Source of the DNA: Octopus vulgaris
Lineage: Eukaryota
Assembly: GCA_951406725.2 (NCBI GenBank)
Contig: OX597824.1
Span: forward strand, 91,140,001-91,204,000
Direction of reading: 5' to 3'
Length of the DNA stretch: 64,000 nucleotides
Below are positions 1-12,979 of the stretch, in pieces; position 1 is the stretch's first letter; each line of letters begins with the position of its first letter. The notes below the pieces were generated by a model. The model saw nothing but the letters and a program-made list of their open reading frames with translations. It ran no database searches and was not told where the DNA came from. Position numbers and translations under genes: made by a program.

Positions 1-39
1 CTTCACACACGTGCATATACATATATAAATATATGGGCA

Positions 40-215
40 TGTTTTTTTCTCTCGTTTTTTCCCCATCTCCAGTTTTCTTTCTTCATTTCTTTTTATAAAA
101 AGCATGGGTTCGAAACGTCAAAGACACCTCGTTTTTCCTGAGCGTCAAATTAATACATCTTATATGTAGCTCCTTCACCTGCCTCTGTCTTCTGTATTTT
201 GCACAATTTTGGACT
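40..215 (+). mobile_element. Short dispersed repeat (family H1, probably PLE-derived) with a decayed hammerhead-like motif
   Basis: ...GCATGGGTTCGAAACGTCAAAGAC...TTTCCTGAGCGTCAAATTAATAC, homologous to the copies at 895, 28985, 30565, 43920 and 49096. Confidence 0.6.
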
Positions 216-632
216 ATATATATATATATCCGTATACATATGTACACACATGTCTCTACACACGCACACACACACAAAGCCGAACAGTGAGAGAGAGTAG
301 GGCAGATTGAGAAAGAGGCAGGATGAAGGACGAAAGCCAGGATGTGACCGACATCGAAAGCAGTCAACGACACACTTGTCACACGAACCAGTATGTCGTC
401 GGGGGTTTTGCGCACTTAAATAAATAAACAAATAGTTGAGATATGTCAACATTATCACACTTCTCATATCTAATAGCATGTCTGATAAATAATATCGCGA
501 TCTGGATTGTGTTACCCTCTCAGACTATATGCTGAACCTGTTTGTGTAACGTGCATGAGATATAATGTGATATAATATATATATATTATGTAAGTCTGTG
601 TGTGTATGTTTGCTGGTATGGGTTCTGTGTGA

Positions 633-668
<36 letters not shown>

Positions 669-671
669 TTT

Positions 672-860
672 TTGAAAAGCAGCAGAAATATCGCAAAGAC
701 TGTTACTCAGAGTTTCACGTTCCCGTTCGTCGGGAGCGTGAATCTCTGAGTATCAGTTTTTGTGGTATTTCTACTACTTTTTAATAAAGCATATTACTCT
801 ACCTCTGGTATTTGAGTACTCTTTCTTCCACCTTGTTTCGCATTTATAGGCTTACTCCGG
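672..860. mobile_element. Palindromic PLE-like fragment with a hammerhead-like core on the minus strand
   Basis: Imperfect inverted arms 675-725 and 731-782 plus a unique tail. The minus strand at 733-699 reads CCGACGA-ACG-GGAA-CGT-GAA-ACTC-T-GAGT-A-ACAG. Confidence 0.55.
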
Positions 861-894
861 TATCTCTCCCCCCCCTCTCTCTCTCTCAAAGAGA

Positions 895-1085
895 CACAGT
901 TGAAATTTAGAGAAAAACAAAAGACGAAGACAGGTTATGAACAACAAGCACGTGAATTAGTTTGACGCTCAGGAAAATGGAAAAGTCTTTTACGTTTCGA
1001 GCCTATGCTCTTCAACAGAAAAGAATAAGAGAAAATAAACAGGGAGAGAGAATGAAAAAACTTGTAGAATTCAGCGGTCCAGCAT
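895..1085 (-). mobile_element. Family H1 element with variant hammerhead (CUGUUGA core)
   Basis: Minus strand reads CTGTTGA-A-GAGC-ATAG-GCTC-GAAACGTA-AAAGAC...TTCCTGAGCGTCAAA. Confidence 0.65.
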
Positions 1086-1607
1086 TATATATATATACAT
1101 TATCTCAGGCACGTTATCTCCATAAAAACAGGAGAATCTTCGAACTCCAGTCAGAAGTACGGCAGTTACGGCGTAGCTATACGTCTTTCTATCTCACCTA
1201 ACTTCCGAAAATCATAAAAATATGAGAAAACCGGCTAAGTCTTTAAAAATAAACCAGCTAAAGGACTCCTGGTGCATTTCAACTTGTTCTTTTTTTTATA
1301 AGTCTACCGGCGCGAACATAAAATGACGCACTGAATGATATCTCCTTCATCAGCTGTCAATTTTAGATCATCGCAATTTCGTTACCTTTTTGACAGGACT
1401 TCTTTTAGTAATGCTGAGAAGCTTCGTCGCTACCAGGGAATGTCATGGTTTACTTGTCTTACACGTCACAGAAAAATATTTGTCTCTCAGTCACCCAGGC
1501 AATCACATTTCTAGCCAGGGTTAAACAGAACCACCCATTTGTTATTTAGTTTATTAATAGGCGGGTGTTTGTTTGTCATTCCTTCTATTCATTTTCTTTT
1601 GTATACC

Positions 1608-2016
1608 CTCTTTACTCTCTCACTTGTTTCAGTCATTTGACTGTGGCCATGCTGGAGCAGCGCCTTTAGACGAGCAAATCGACCCCCAGGACTTATTCTT
1701 TGTAAGCCTAGTACTCATTCTATCGGTCTCTTTTGCCGAACCGCTACGTTACGGGGACGTAAACACACCAGCATCGGTTGTCAAGCAAGGTTGGGGAGGG
1801 GCAAACACAGACACACAAACATAATATATATATATATATATACACATATATTCGACGGGCTTCTTTCAGTTTCCGTCTACCAAATCCACTCAAAAGGCTT
1901 TGGTCGGCCCAAGGCTATAGTATAAGACACTTGCCGAAGGTGCCACGCAGTGGGACTGAACCCGGAACCATGTGGTTGGTAAGCAAGCTACTTACCTCAC
2001 AGCCTCTCCTGCGCCT
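1608..2016 (-). mobile_element. tRNA-derived SINE, family S1 (full length)
   Basis: Head AGGCGCAGGAG.GGCTGTG.GGTAAG...GGTTCAGTCCC (A/B boxes), a CORE-like TTGGGCAAGTGTCTT segment, an internal (TA)n/(TG)n tract and a 3' GACTGAAACAAGT end; more than 15 homologous copies or fragments in the window. Confidence 0.9.
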
Positions 2017-2136
2017 ATGTATATTAAATATTTGTTTATTAATTATGTGTATGTGTGTGTACATATATGCATGCGCGCACTGACACACATACATATACGT
2101 ATCGATATAGATAGATAGGTTGATAGATAGATAGAC

Positions 2137-2202
<66 letters not shown>

Positions 2203-2910
2203 GTACACAAGCATACATGTAAACACAGCTTCATTTACTGAGCCGTTCTTGTCACCATCTCTCATCTGCTTCTAGACAAGATCGTATTACCCTATGGCCT
2301 GGCATGTTTTTCACGGAAGACTGGAGATGAATAACGTCGCTTGTACGACGTTGATGCTCGTTTACACCCATCACGTGATGTTAAGACAAAGGTACACAGA
2401 AACATACACTCGTTTGCATGTGTGTGAGGATATCTATAAATGAAGAGTTTTGGAGCTGTAGTGGTGGTGGTGGTGGTAGTGGTGTGTGTGCGTGTGCTTG
2501 CGAGTTGTTTATTTTTGATGTTGGTGTTGTGTATGTCTGCGATGTTATGACGAGTGGAAAATACATTTTAGCCGGAAAAAAAGAGGAAGAGAGAAAGAGA
2601 GACAGACACAGAGAGACAGGAAGATTCAGACAGACAGACAGACAGACAGATGGAGGTCGCTTTGCGCAGACATACCTCTACGTGTGTCATGTGATGCCGA
2701 GTTAAGGTCACTACTAGCTTCCACCCAGGTAGCTCGGTTTTGATTCACGTCACGAGAGTGCTTTATGGTTTAATGGTATTGCACCAGCATGGCTACAGAC
2801 TAACAGATCGCAACTGGTAAAAGAGGAAAGTCAAACACACACACGCAGATACAAACGCATACATACATACATACATACATACATACATACATACATACAT
2901 ACTTGCCTGC

Positions 2911-2952
<42 letters not shown>

Positions 2953-3058
2953 ATACACACAAGTACACATGCATCCATGCATATTTGTATGTATGCATGC
3001 TTGCATACATATCTATACACAACAATATATACATTATTTGAAAGGAAAAGGAAAGCAT

Positions 3059-3091
<33 letters not shown>

Positions 3092-3236
3092 AAGAAAGAG
3101 AGAGGGTGGGAGATAGAAGCTATGTGTGTGAAAGAAAGGAGAAAGAGAGACAGATGTATATAGGAGATAAAGATAAACATTGAAATCATGAGAGGGAGGG
3201 GGGAATAAAGTCAGATATAATACATACATACATACA

Positions 3237-3272
<36 letters not shown>

Positions 3273-3282
3273 TATATAAAGA

Positions 3283-4368
3283 TTAAGAAAAAAGAAAGAG
3301 AGAGGGATGTCTATAGTGAATGGAGAGAAAGAGGGATAAAGAGAAGAAATGAAATAAAAAGTGACTGAAGATGACAGGTAAATGGAGAAAGCAGACGATA
3401 AATAGACAAATGGGAAGAATTGAAAGAAAAAGGAAGAGGTAGTCTAAATGAAAGAAGCAGACGATAGATTGATAACTGGAAGGGAGAGGACAGGCAGAGA
3501 GAGAGAGAGAGAGAGAGATACAGACATGGACAGAGGAATGAAAGAGGGAGAAGTTAGATAGAGAGAGAAATTGATGAAAGCAGAAGACAGAGAGACAAAC
3601 AACCAGGAAGAAAGAAAATGGAAACGAAGATAAAAAGAGAAGCGGAAGGAAAAATTGGTAGATAGAGAGAAAGAGAAATAGAGAGGTAAAAAGGTAGAAG
3701 GACAAACAGAAGGAAAGAGAGAAAAAGAAAGAGTGTGTGTGTGTGTGTGTGGGGGGAAATGAAAGAAGAAACCGAAAATAAAAGAAACTGAAAGGGAGAG
3801 AGAGAGAGAGAGAGGTGATAGGGAGAAGGTAATAAACAGGAAGTGAGAGGAAATTGAATGTAGAAGGGAGATACAACGATGAAAAGGAAGGTAGGATGAA
3901 AGAGAAAAAGAGAGAGAGAGAGGAGGGGAGGAAGGAAGGAAGAAAGAAAGGAAGGAAGGAAGGAAGCAAGGAAGGAAGAAAGGAAGAAAGAAAGAAAGAA
4001 AGAAAGGAAGGAAGGAAGGAAGAAAGGAAGAAAGAAAGGAAGAAAGGAAGGAAGAAAGAAAGAAAGAGATAAAGAAATAAAGAAAGAAAGGAAGAAAGGA
4101 AGGAAGAAAGGAAGAAGGAAGGAAGGAAGGAAGGAAGGAAGGAAGGAAGAAAGGAAGGAAGAAAGGAAGAAAGGAAGAAAGGAAGAAAGGAAGAAAGGAA
4201 GGAAGAAAGGAAGGAAGGAAGGAAGGAAGGAAGGAAGGAAGGAAGGAAGGAAGAAAGGAAGGAAGAAAGGAAGAAAGGAGGGAAGAAAGGAAGGAAGGAA
4301 GGAAGGAAGAAAGGAAGGAAGAAAGGAAGAAAGAAAGGAAGAAAAGAAGAAGAAGAAGAAGAAGAAGC
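3283..4368. repeat. ~1.1 kb polypurine/polypyrimidine tract with (GGAA)n/(GAAA)n/(GAA)n arrays at the start of RhoU intron 1
   Basis: Almost pure A/G on the + strand from 3900 to 4368; explains the F/L/S/P-rich ORF read-through. Confidence 0.9.
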
Positions 4369-4404
4369 TTGCTTTAGAAGCTTGATAAAAGCGAGTGCTC
4401 TTAC

Positions 4405-4990
4405 CTGAATAGTTATCGAATGCTGTTGGTACGTATTCCGTTGGATATCCATTTGTCGTGTAACTAACAATTAAACTGGTTTTGCCTATAGCACCGTCGC
4501 CAACCAGCACACACTTTACTTTGGGGGGCTGTTGACCCTGTTGGTCTTGTCCATCTTCTGCTTGTTGTTGTTGTTGCTGTTGTTGCTGTGAGTGTTGTTG
4601 ATGTTGTTGGTGTTGATGTGGAAGGTGTAGGCGGTGTTCTAAGGGCGATGGCATGATCGATGCTGACGATGTTGATGATGATGACGCTGATGAAGAAGAA
4701 GAAGAAGAAGAGGCGCCATTTCCGTAGTCGGATGTAGACGCCGAAAAGGAGGGCGATGGTAACGAAGACACTCCGCTGCTACTACCACCAGCACCACCAC
4801 CACCGCCACCACCACCACCACCACTACTGCTACCACCCCCACCACCCCCACCCCCACCGCTGCTACCGCTAACACCACTACTGCCACTAATACCACTGCT
4901 CGGTCCACCGCCACCACCGCCGCCGCCACCGCGTTTTACGGAGAATAAGTTACTGCTCTGCTGTTGATCCATAGTTGCCTGTGGAGGCAT
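4405..4990 (-). CDS. RHOU: First coding exon of a RhoU/RhoV (Wrch-1/Chp)-family atypical Cdc42-like Rho GTPase; 195 codons + 1 nt, continues in exons outside the window
   Basis: ATG at 4990 gives MPPQ..., the same start as vertebrate RhoU. It leads to [38 protein letters not shown] (P-loop GxxxxGKT plus the RhoU/V-specific [18 protein letters not shown] switch I). Similarity stops at a canonical donor CAG|GTAAGA (intron starts at 4404, phase 1). RhoU versus RhoV cannot be separated for an invertebrate single-copy gene. Confidence 0.93.
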
Positions 4991-5213
4991 TCTTCTGCAC
5001 ACAGCACCACCACCCACGCTTCTTTCACACTCACATCCACACACACAACCCTCCCCTACTTCAACCGCCACCGCTACAGCAGAACCAACAACCAACAACA
5101 ACAACTACAACACCAAACAACTACCACTACCACTACAAGCTAGCTAACTTGGTAATATAAAACCCACACGCAATAAACGTTCCCTTTACAACCCCAAAAT
5201 AAAAAGAGGCCAA

Positions 5214-5260
<47 letters not shown>

Positions 5261-7744
5261 ACTAAGATTTAATTGAAAAAAAAAAGAATTAAATATGCTA
5301 TACACACCCACCTCTTTATTTTGATTTCACCCCGGGTATTTCCAGTAACCGGTTTATTAATCTAAATATCTTAGACCGTCAACAACATTTAGTAGTCGTA
5401 ATAATAATAACAATAATAATAGTAATGATTGATTAATGAGAACAGTGGTAGCAATAGTCGAAGTTGTTGTAAATTATTTGTAAATATAAGCAGTTCAACT
5501 CACAACAGCAACGGATGTCAGCAGTAGAAAAAAAATTGTCGAATAAATGATAATTTATAATTAACAAGTTATCGATTATTATATAGCCGTGCGATTGATT
5601 TATAAGAGGAAATCGAAGGCAGGAACACACATATATATAAACATAAATATATATATTTGTAGTGTGTGACTATGGCGTATGTTTATTATATAAAGTATGT
5701 GTACGTTTTGTAATTCAATGTGTGTCTTTTGGCTGGTTGACTGGCTGGTTCGTTGGTTGGTACATATTTTTCTTATGTCCGTGTCAATATTTCGTAGGGG
5801 TGCGTATATACACGTATGTTGTTTATAGAGTAATACAGAATCTTGTCTTTTGTAAAATCCCTTTTCACTTGATCATATGTAAATATAGAGGTATACAATG
5901 ATATGTTTTCTTTCGTTTTATATTTCGTTTCGGCAAATTGATCCGGTTTTATATTTTGCTTCTATTTGGTCTCTTTTTTTGTCTTTTTAAACAATTCCAA
6001 GTTTTGACTGGCAGAAGATCTTCAAAGGAACTTTAGACTTCTTTTCATTGACCAATCCAACGATGACGCTAAAAGAAAGAATATAAGAAAAAAACAAACA
6101 TAAATAAAAAGCAGATTCACGTAAATATATTTGATATAGAAACACACAGACGTATAAAAAATAAATCAATAATCTATGTCGTATGGTATTTAATATACCT
6201 GTATTCGTCTATGTTATTCAAATACGTGCCAAAGGGCACTCTGAGTTATTTCCCTTGATTTATTTTGTTTTGTTTAAATTATGCAAATTAATCTTGACCA
6301 TAAATGTGTTTAAATCTTTTTGAATATATCCAGATCCTCTGGTTACTGAAGATGAAATTGGACAATTGTCGTGCCGATGACGCTTATTGAGGTAGAAACA
6401 TTTGTCCACGACTGCCCCCTAATCTCTAGGCAATAAGCCGGTCATGTTCTTGAAGGGCATGTCAGCTTTGGATTATTCTTGATTCTTGGGATAAGTATCA
6501 CCCCCTCTCAAGTGCAGCCGGTCTTAGTTGCCACTTGGTAGTCATAATACCTCTCCTTAAAACAGAGATAATTTCAATGAATCAAGAATTATGTTATACA
6601 GTATTTTATGTACCTGTATTTCTCTATTTACATTTTAAAGGCTCATAAGAAGCTTTAACAGCTCTGAGCGCACTGTTTCTTATTGCAGAAACATCTGTAA
6701 GCTGGTGAAGTTGATTATGAGATTTCTGACAGTCCGCAAATATTGTGCACGCTATGCTAAATCAATCAATGGCTTAAAACGCCGTAGATTCTGGTTATGC
6801 AAAAACGTGGTAGTGATAGTGAGGGGTAGTTGGAGGGAAGGACCCTTTCTCTCTTGCTTCCCCTCTTCTCCCGTGATTTTTCAGAGTTGTGATATTTTTT
6901 TCGAAAATCTTTTGAGATTTATGTTTTTAGAAATGTTACGCACGCATTTGCTTTTTGAAAGAAAGATAATTTCAGGTGTTTTAAAGGCGTTAATCTGAAA
7001 TAAATAGATAAATGTACGAACGTTTCAAAAGAAAGGAAAGACAGAAAAAATTCCTGAGCCAAAACATCCTCACCACGACGTTTTTTGTTGGGGGGGGGGG
7101 TGTATTTTTCTTTGCCGAATCGTAATCAACGATGCTTTAAATAGATATCTGCAAAGAAATTACCGGTTTTGATGCATTAAATAATTTGCGACGCTGTTGT
7201 ATAGGAATACCTCACACGCGTGCGTGCACATATATAATGCGTGTGTGTGAATGCTTATGTATGTATGTATGTATGTATGAGAGCGAGAAAGACTGCGTCT
7301 GTGTGTGTGTGTGTGTGTGTGTTGTCTGTGTGTGTGTGTGTGTGTTTGTATGGGTGCGTGTGTTTCCCTATCGTCCACAGATCTCGGAAACAGACGTAAA
7401 ACAGATACCGATGCAGCGTTAATGAACCGAAAGAGTAATTAAAAACTGCCAATCAAATGATATTAATCGATGCTTGTTCGCAGTTTCCGTTGTTGCTTAA
7501 AACACCCAGGTGAACTCTGACTCAAAGACACTCCAGAAGAGACCAACCCGTCTTTATTTCACAAACTCTATCTAGGTCTACGTTACTAGTATTATTTTTC
7601 ATAAGACGGTAACACATGATTTTGGGAGATTTGCTGCGCAGATCAAATGGAATCAGGTTTGGTACATTTTCCAGATAGAACTCCGTCACGACTACAATCC
7701 CAAACGCACGGAAATTACATTCAACATTATAGTGTGCCTTCCTC

Positions 7745-8401
7745 CCCCCAGCCACTTTGTTTCCTCATAACTTTCAGAAAAAAATGATATTTTTTTTAAT
7801 GAAATTATCTACAAATATGCTTCAGATGTTGTAGATTCTGGTCATTTCGGAATTTGTTATAGCAAAAGAATTTCCGACGGTGGGGGAGAGGAGATTCGGA
7901 AAATTCACACAAGTTGACTTTGTTTCCTCATAACTTTCAGAAAAACGGGTAATGTTTAAGGAAATTTTCTAGAAACAATTTTCAGAATGCTTCGATTACA
8001 ATTATATTGGAATTTAATATGTGAAAAAAAAAAAAAAAAGAAAAAAGAAAAAAATGCTACGAAATAAAACTTGAAATTTCTAAAAATATTTGATATGTGT
8101 CGGTGTGTACGTGTGCGTGTTCACCATTTTCCTTTTCACACCAAATTCCGATACAATGTGTAGAAAATATCATTAAAAAAAACAAAATCAACAACAACTC
8201 ATTTTTCTGAAAGTTATGAGGTAACAAATGCTGACTTGTGTGAATTTTCTGAAACTCCTCTCCCCATCTACTGGGGGCATCTTTTCACAAGAAATTCCGA
8301 TATAATCAAAATCTTCACCATCCGAAGATTATTCGCAGAAAATTTCATTAAAAAATATGGATTTCTCTGAGAGTTATGAGGGAATAAAGTCGAATGGGGG
8401 G
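7745..8401. mobile_element. Foldback/MITE-like element with long modular inverted arms
   Basis: TTTGTTTCCTCATAACTTTCAGAAAA occurs twice in the left arm (7756, 7919). Its approximate reverse complement occurs twice in the right arm (~8202-8228, ~8363-8390), and the segment between them is also mirrored. Confidence 0.75.
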
Positions 8402-9429
8402 CACAGGTTTGTAAGTATGCTTATAATTGATAAGATTATGTACAAGCGTGGATAACAGCAGTGTGTTTGTATAATACACATACCAATGGAAACAAGCTGT
8501 CCACAGTCAGCGAGATCGGTAATATTTGATGATAATGCAATATATAAACATATATTCAGGTATTTTTCCAGGGAACCCGATGCCACTAAGGTAGTTCTCT
8601 CTCGCTGTTCTTTCTAGCTGGTCAGGTGATACACGTAAGGGCTTTCCTTTTTATATGTTTTAGCACAGGTTCTCTGTGTCGGCTTGTTTGCCTGGTTTAT
8701 TGCAGAAATTAAATCTTATAGAAAATATTTTTTAAAAAATAATAATAATAATAACAGCTCTACATACAGTTCTTTGATGTGACAGGTGACAGGAGGATCT
8801 TGTCGAAGGATTATAAAATACAACGCTCAGCGATGAGGTGCGACTGACTACGTGATACCGGAATTAGTAGCGCTTTTCCGCCGTTGCACTTTAAAACAAT
8901 TGTATAGGTAGGAACAAGATCTAAGAGAGAGGAGGGGGGAGGGAGAAGAGTGGGGGGGGGGTCATAGAGAGTTGAAGAAGGGGTTGTGGTGATGGTGGTA
9001 ATGGTGGTGGTAGTGGTGGTGGAAAATTGCGGGAAGCTGTCTCCTACATGCATTTCTGACCTAAATGAAATAGAACATGCACCGATGGAGAATCGAAACC
9101 GTGTCATATACATTTGATTTTTTTAAGGTGATTACCTGTTTTAACAAATAATTCTGTTTTACGAACGCAATCAATCTGAATTTCTGTTGTTTTTCGTGTT
9201 TTTATTCGCTAGATTTGGTCATTTGTGATGATTGGGAGACTTTCCCCATGATTATCGATAATTTAATCGAATGGAAATCGAAACCGTAACGCTGATCTGG
9301 TACGTCGACAGCTCCTTCCCCCATATCGGCTTGTCCACGAGCCTAGAAGCAGGTTTATATGTGGTCACTCGACGTGTTAGAAATAGCAGTCGAATTCTCC
9401 ACTCTTTCAAATCACTTTACCATCTTCGA

Positions 9430-9490
<61 letters not shown>

Positions 9491-10235
9491 GACCGTAGAT
9501 ATATTAAGCTTGAAATAAAGTCGGAATGTCATGGTTGGATTGGCTTTCATCATAAGTCTACACAGAACTCACCTGCGATGTTCTCGATTTTCAAACAATA
9601 AATAGAATAAAATAAAATAAAATTGCTTGATATTCTTTTCCTTCGTGCCCCAGGAAGGGAATATGAGAATTTGTGGCATTCATGCCTCGTCCAAAGAGAC
9701 TCGAAGATGAGTCGAAAACTGCACCACCTTAATTTATTAAGGTATCACCGGGGACTTAACCGCTCTCATTTTGCGATGTTCAGCCACAATTAATGGTGAA
9801 TATCGATTACTGAGCATGACATAAGGTGTCAGACAGATCGATAACTTAAAGCTAGATGGCTGCGTCCGTAAAGTTATGGCCTTCATGCCTTTTCTAAGGA
9901 CGTCGAGCGATATCTGAAGAGGAAACAGCTCACGAAGACATGTTTGAAAAGGAAAAAAAGGGAAAAAAGAGGGACAATAGGAAAGAAGGAGGAGGGTCTC
10001 AATGTAGTAGTTTATTAGAAATAGCAGCCAAATCTTCTATAAATCACACACTGCAGTTGTAAAGGGGGAGGGTGACCTTCGATAATTTAGTCTTAGTGGT
10101 AGAAATAAATATATTAGCAGAATGATGGATAGGTAAATAAAACGGGATGTGCACGGCTGGAACGTCGGTGATCAAAGGGTTTTGTTAAATAAACGAGTGG
10201 TCGGGAGGTAAGAAATGTCGACAACGGGCGACGGT

Positions 10236-10241
10236 TATGAC

Positions 10242-10295
<54 letters not shown>

Positions 10296-10338
10296 GATGA
10301 TGATGATGACGATGATGATGATGATGATGATGATGATA

Positions 10339-10373
<35 letters not shown>
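10236..10373. repeat. (GAT)n trinucleotide microsatellite
   Basis: Direct reading; a second degenerate GAT/GGT array spans 10830-11050. Confidence 0.95.
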
Positions 10374-10479
10374 ACCAGTTGCGTACCAGATCTAATCGAC
10401 TGGCACCCCCTCCAAAAAAAAAAATTTCGGGCCTTGTGCCTAGAGTACAAAAAGGATAATTATGATGACGACGAAGGCG

Positions 10480-10800
10480 GTGACCATAATGATGATCGGC
10501 ATTCTTTCGATATAACTCGACAAAATCAAAACACTTCACTCCGGGTATTTCCGTGGAAGCAAATGACAGTTCGATCCTGTTTTCTGCTTGGAAATCTGCG
10601 GATTTTACCTACACACCTGAAACAGGTAAGAACAAATATGCAAGGTTTTTTTTTTCTTCTTTAAGTTCAAAATGAAGACATTGCTTGGCATAATTTCGTT
10701 AAATCTATTACTCCACGACCCACGGAAATACCCCAGGTGAAATGTTTTGATTTTTGTCGAGCTATATCGAAAGAATGCCTGATGAGCATTATGGTGATGA
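10480..10800. mobile_element. Small foldback/MITE-like element, ~75 bp inverted arms around a ~160 bp spacer
   Basis: GGCATTCTTTCGATATAACTCGACAAAATCAAAACACTTCAC..GGGTATTTCCGTGG versus CCACGGAAATACCC..GTGAAATGTTTTGATTTTTGTCGAGCTATATCGAAAGAATGCC. The ORF track gives MKCFDF on both strands. Confidence 0.75.
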
Positions 10801-10880
10801 CGACGACAGTGATGGCGACGAAAGATAGCGATGATGATGATGATGATGATGTGATGATGGTGGTGGTGGTGATGATGATG

Positions 10881-10912
<32 letters not shown>

Positions 10913-11263
10913 GGTGATGATGATAATGATGATGGTGATGATGTCGATGATGATAATGATGATGATGGTAATGATGATGATGATAGTGATGATGGTGATG
11001 ATGACGACGATGATGATGGTGATGGTGAGGTTGACTATGATGACGACGACGAGGACGACTACTATTCACATTGACACAAGGTCACAAATCTGTGGAGATG
11101 ACCACCACCACCACCATCACCACCATAATCGATTTAATCGAACATGTGTGCATGATTGATTTAGCTACCTGTATTCATCGTCGGCAAAGGTTTTTTCACC
11201 CGCTAGAAATAATAGACAAGTCACCGTCAAACAAAAAACATCGCTACCGTCCGGATTACACAA

Positions 11264-11338
<75 letters not shown>

Positions 11339-11574
11339 AAGAACGGAATGATGGCGGCGGTGACGGAATGTTATGCTTTTAATCATATGTTATCTGATGG
11401 TTCGATCAGTTGACAGCCTAGGGCTAAATAACGACAGAGATCGATGAGAGATCGAAAGGTTGAGTCGATTTCTACCGCTCCTGAGGTGAACTGAAACTAA
11501 GGAAGTACAAACGGTATGTAACCGCGACGAACCGAGATATTTATAGTACGGCGCTCCATCTGTTTCTGACCACA

Positions 11575-11632
<58 letters not shown>

Positions 11633-11847
11633 CATATATATATATATATATATATATGGAGCAAAAACGCAATAGAGGACAATAAAACATTCGGACAGAT
11701 GGACGATACAAAAGGTGGACAAGAGAAACAACAATTAGAAGGACAGGCAAAAAAAAGATGGGTCATTCGTGGCTTTCTTTCTTCAGTCAAGTACCAGAAG
11801 TCACGACCATTTCGGGCAGTGACACTTGAGATGGTTCGATCTGGTTG

Positions 11848-11917
<70 letters not shown>

Positions 11918-12013
11918 CAGCGGGGTGGCGTCATTTGAAGGCTAAAACAATGCGAAGCGCATTGTGACCAGCGATGTGTAGCAACATCTAATAGCCTGGT
12001 CGGTCACGGTGAT
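11918..12013 (+). mobile_element. SINE 3' tail fragment (tail Y)
   Basis: Matches the reverse complement of 57129-57225. Confidence 0.8.
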
Positions 12014-12033
12014 ATATACATACATATATATAT

Positions 12034-12079
<46 letters not shown>

Positions 12080-12133
12080 CATATATAAAGATATATACAT
12101 ATATATCTGTCTATCCATCTATCTATTTATCTG

Positions 12134-12164
<31 letters not shown>

Positions 12165-12354
12165 TGATTTCTTTGGCGTAATACCAAAAACATTTGAAAG
12201 AATAAGAAGGCGAGGCAATGGGCCAATTGTCGCTTTAAACTATCCCCAGAACACGACTGGTATTTATATATTTTTTCGGTCTATAAAAGAGCGCACAAGC
12301 AAGACTTGAACCAAGAATACAAAAGGACACAGCGAAATATTACACACGCACACA

Positions 12355-12407
<53 letters not shown>

Positions 12408-12944
12408 TTCTTTCGTAGTAACAAGAAAAACCAGCGGAGTCCATATGTGGTCGCTTGACCTGCTAGAAATAATAGTGAAATTCCTGTGACATCCAATACC
12501 TTATAATTTTAATTGTTAAAAAAAAAAAAAGGACGGATACATTACAGTGTATGTTAGCCTAAATAGATTATGTCCAAAATTAATAGAGGGTGGTCAAGGC
12601 TGGAACGCTCCGACTATAGTTTAGCTTGTGGTCACAGCAGCTGGTCGTTTAAAGCACTTTATATGACAGGAATGAATTAAGTTTATATTCCACAACAATA
12701 AAAACGGCAACAACAAAAATAGGGGACGCCATGTGGATGCTTGTTCTGCTAGATATAGCAACCAAAGCTCCGTCATGAAATTAATTGTAATCCCAGGTAG
12801 ACAATGCCCTGCTACCGTGACCAGACAGTCCTGGCTTTCACTGATTGCGAAGGCCTGCATAATTCACAGCTGACTTGAGGTTACACGGAAACAAGAGTGA
12901 GTATTTGTGTGTATGTGTGTAAGAGTGTATGTGTGTGTAATACA

Positions 12945-12979
<35 letters not shown>

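Noticed and set aside
1-4400. RhoU exon 2 (expected ...LQLCDTAGQ)
   Set aside because: No matching minus-strand sequence seen; presumably outside the window.
3283-4470. 395-aa and 516-aa ORFs as complete membrane proteins
   Set aside because: Beyond 4405 they are translations of the (GGAA)n/(GAAA)n tract past a clear splice donor. The 5104 start is a non-ATG extension upstream of MPPQ.
6281-6288. Octamer motif ATGCAAAT upstream of RhoU
   Set aside because: A single 8-mer in AT-rich DNA is expected by chance in 64 kb.
9914-9932. Hammerhead candidate CTGAAGAGGAAAC (also CTGATGA at 10779 and CTGAAGA at 6346 and 56094)
   Set aside because: No stem II or correctly placed GAAA and stem I; chance matches.
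10114-11159. Poly-His, poly-Asp and poly-Met ORFs as metal-binding proteins
   Set aside because: Frames of (GAT)n repeats, open on both strands, with no splice or domain evidence.
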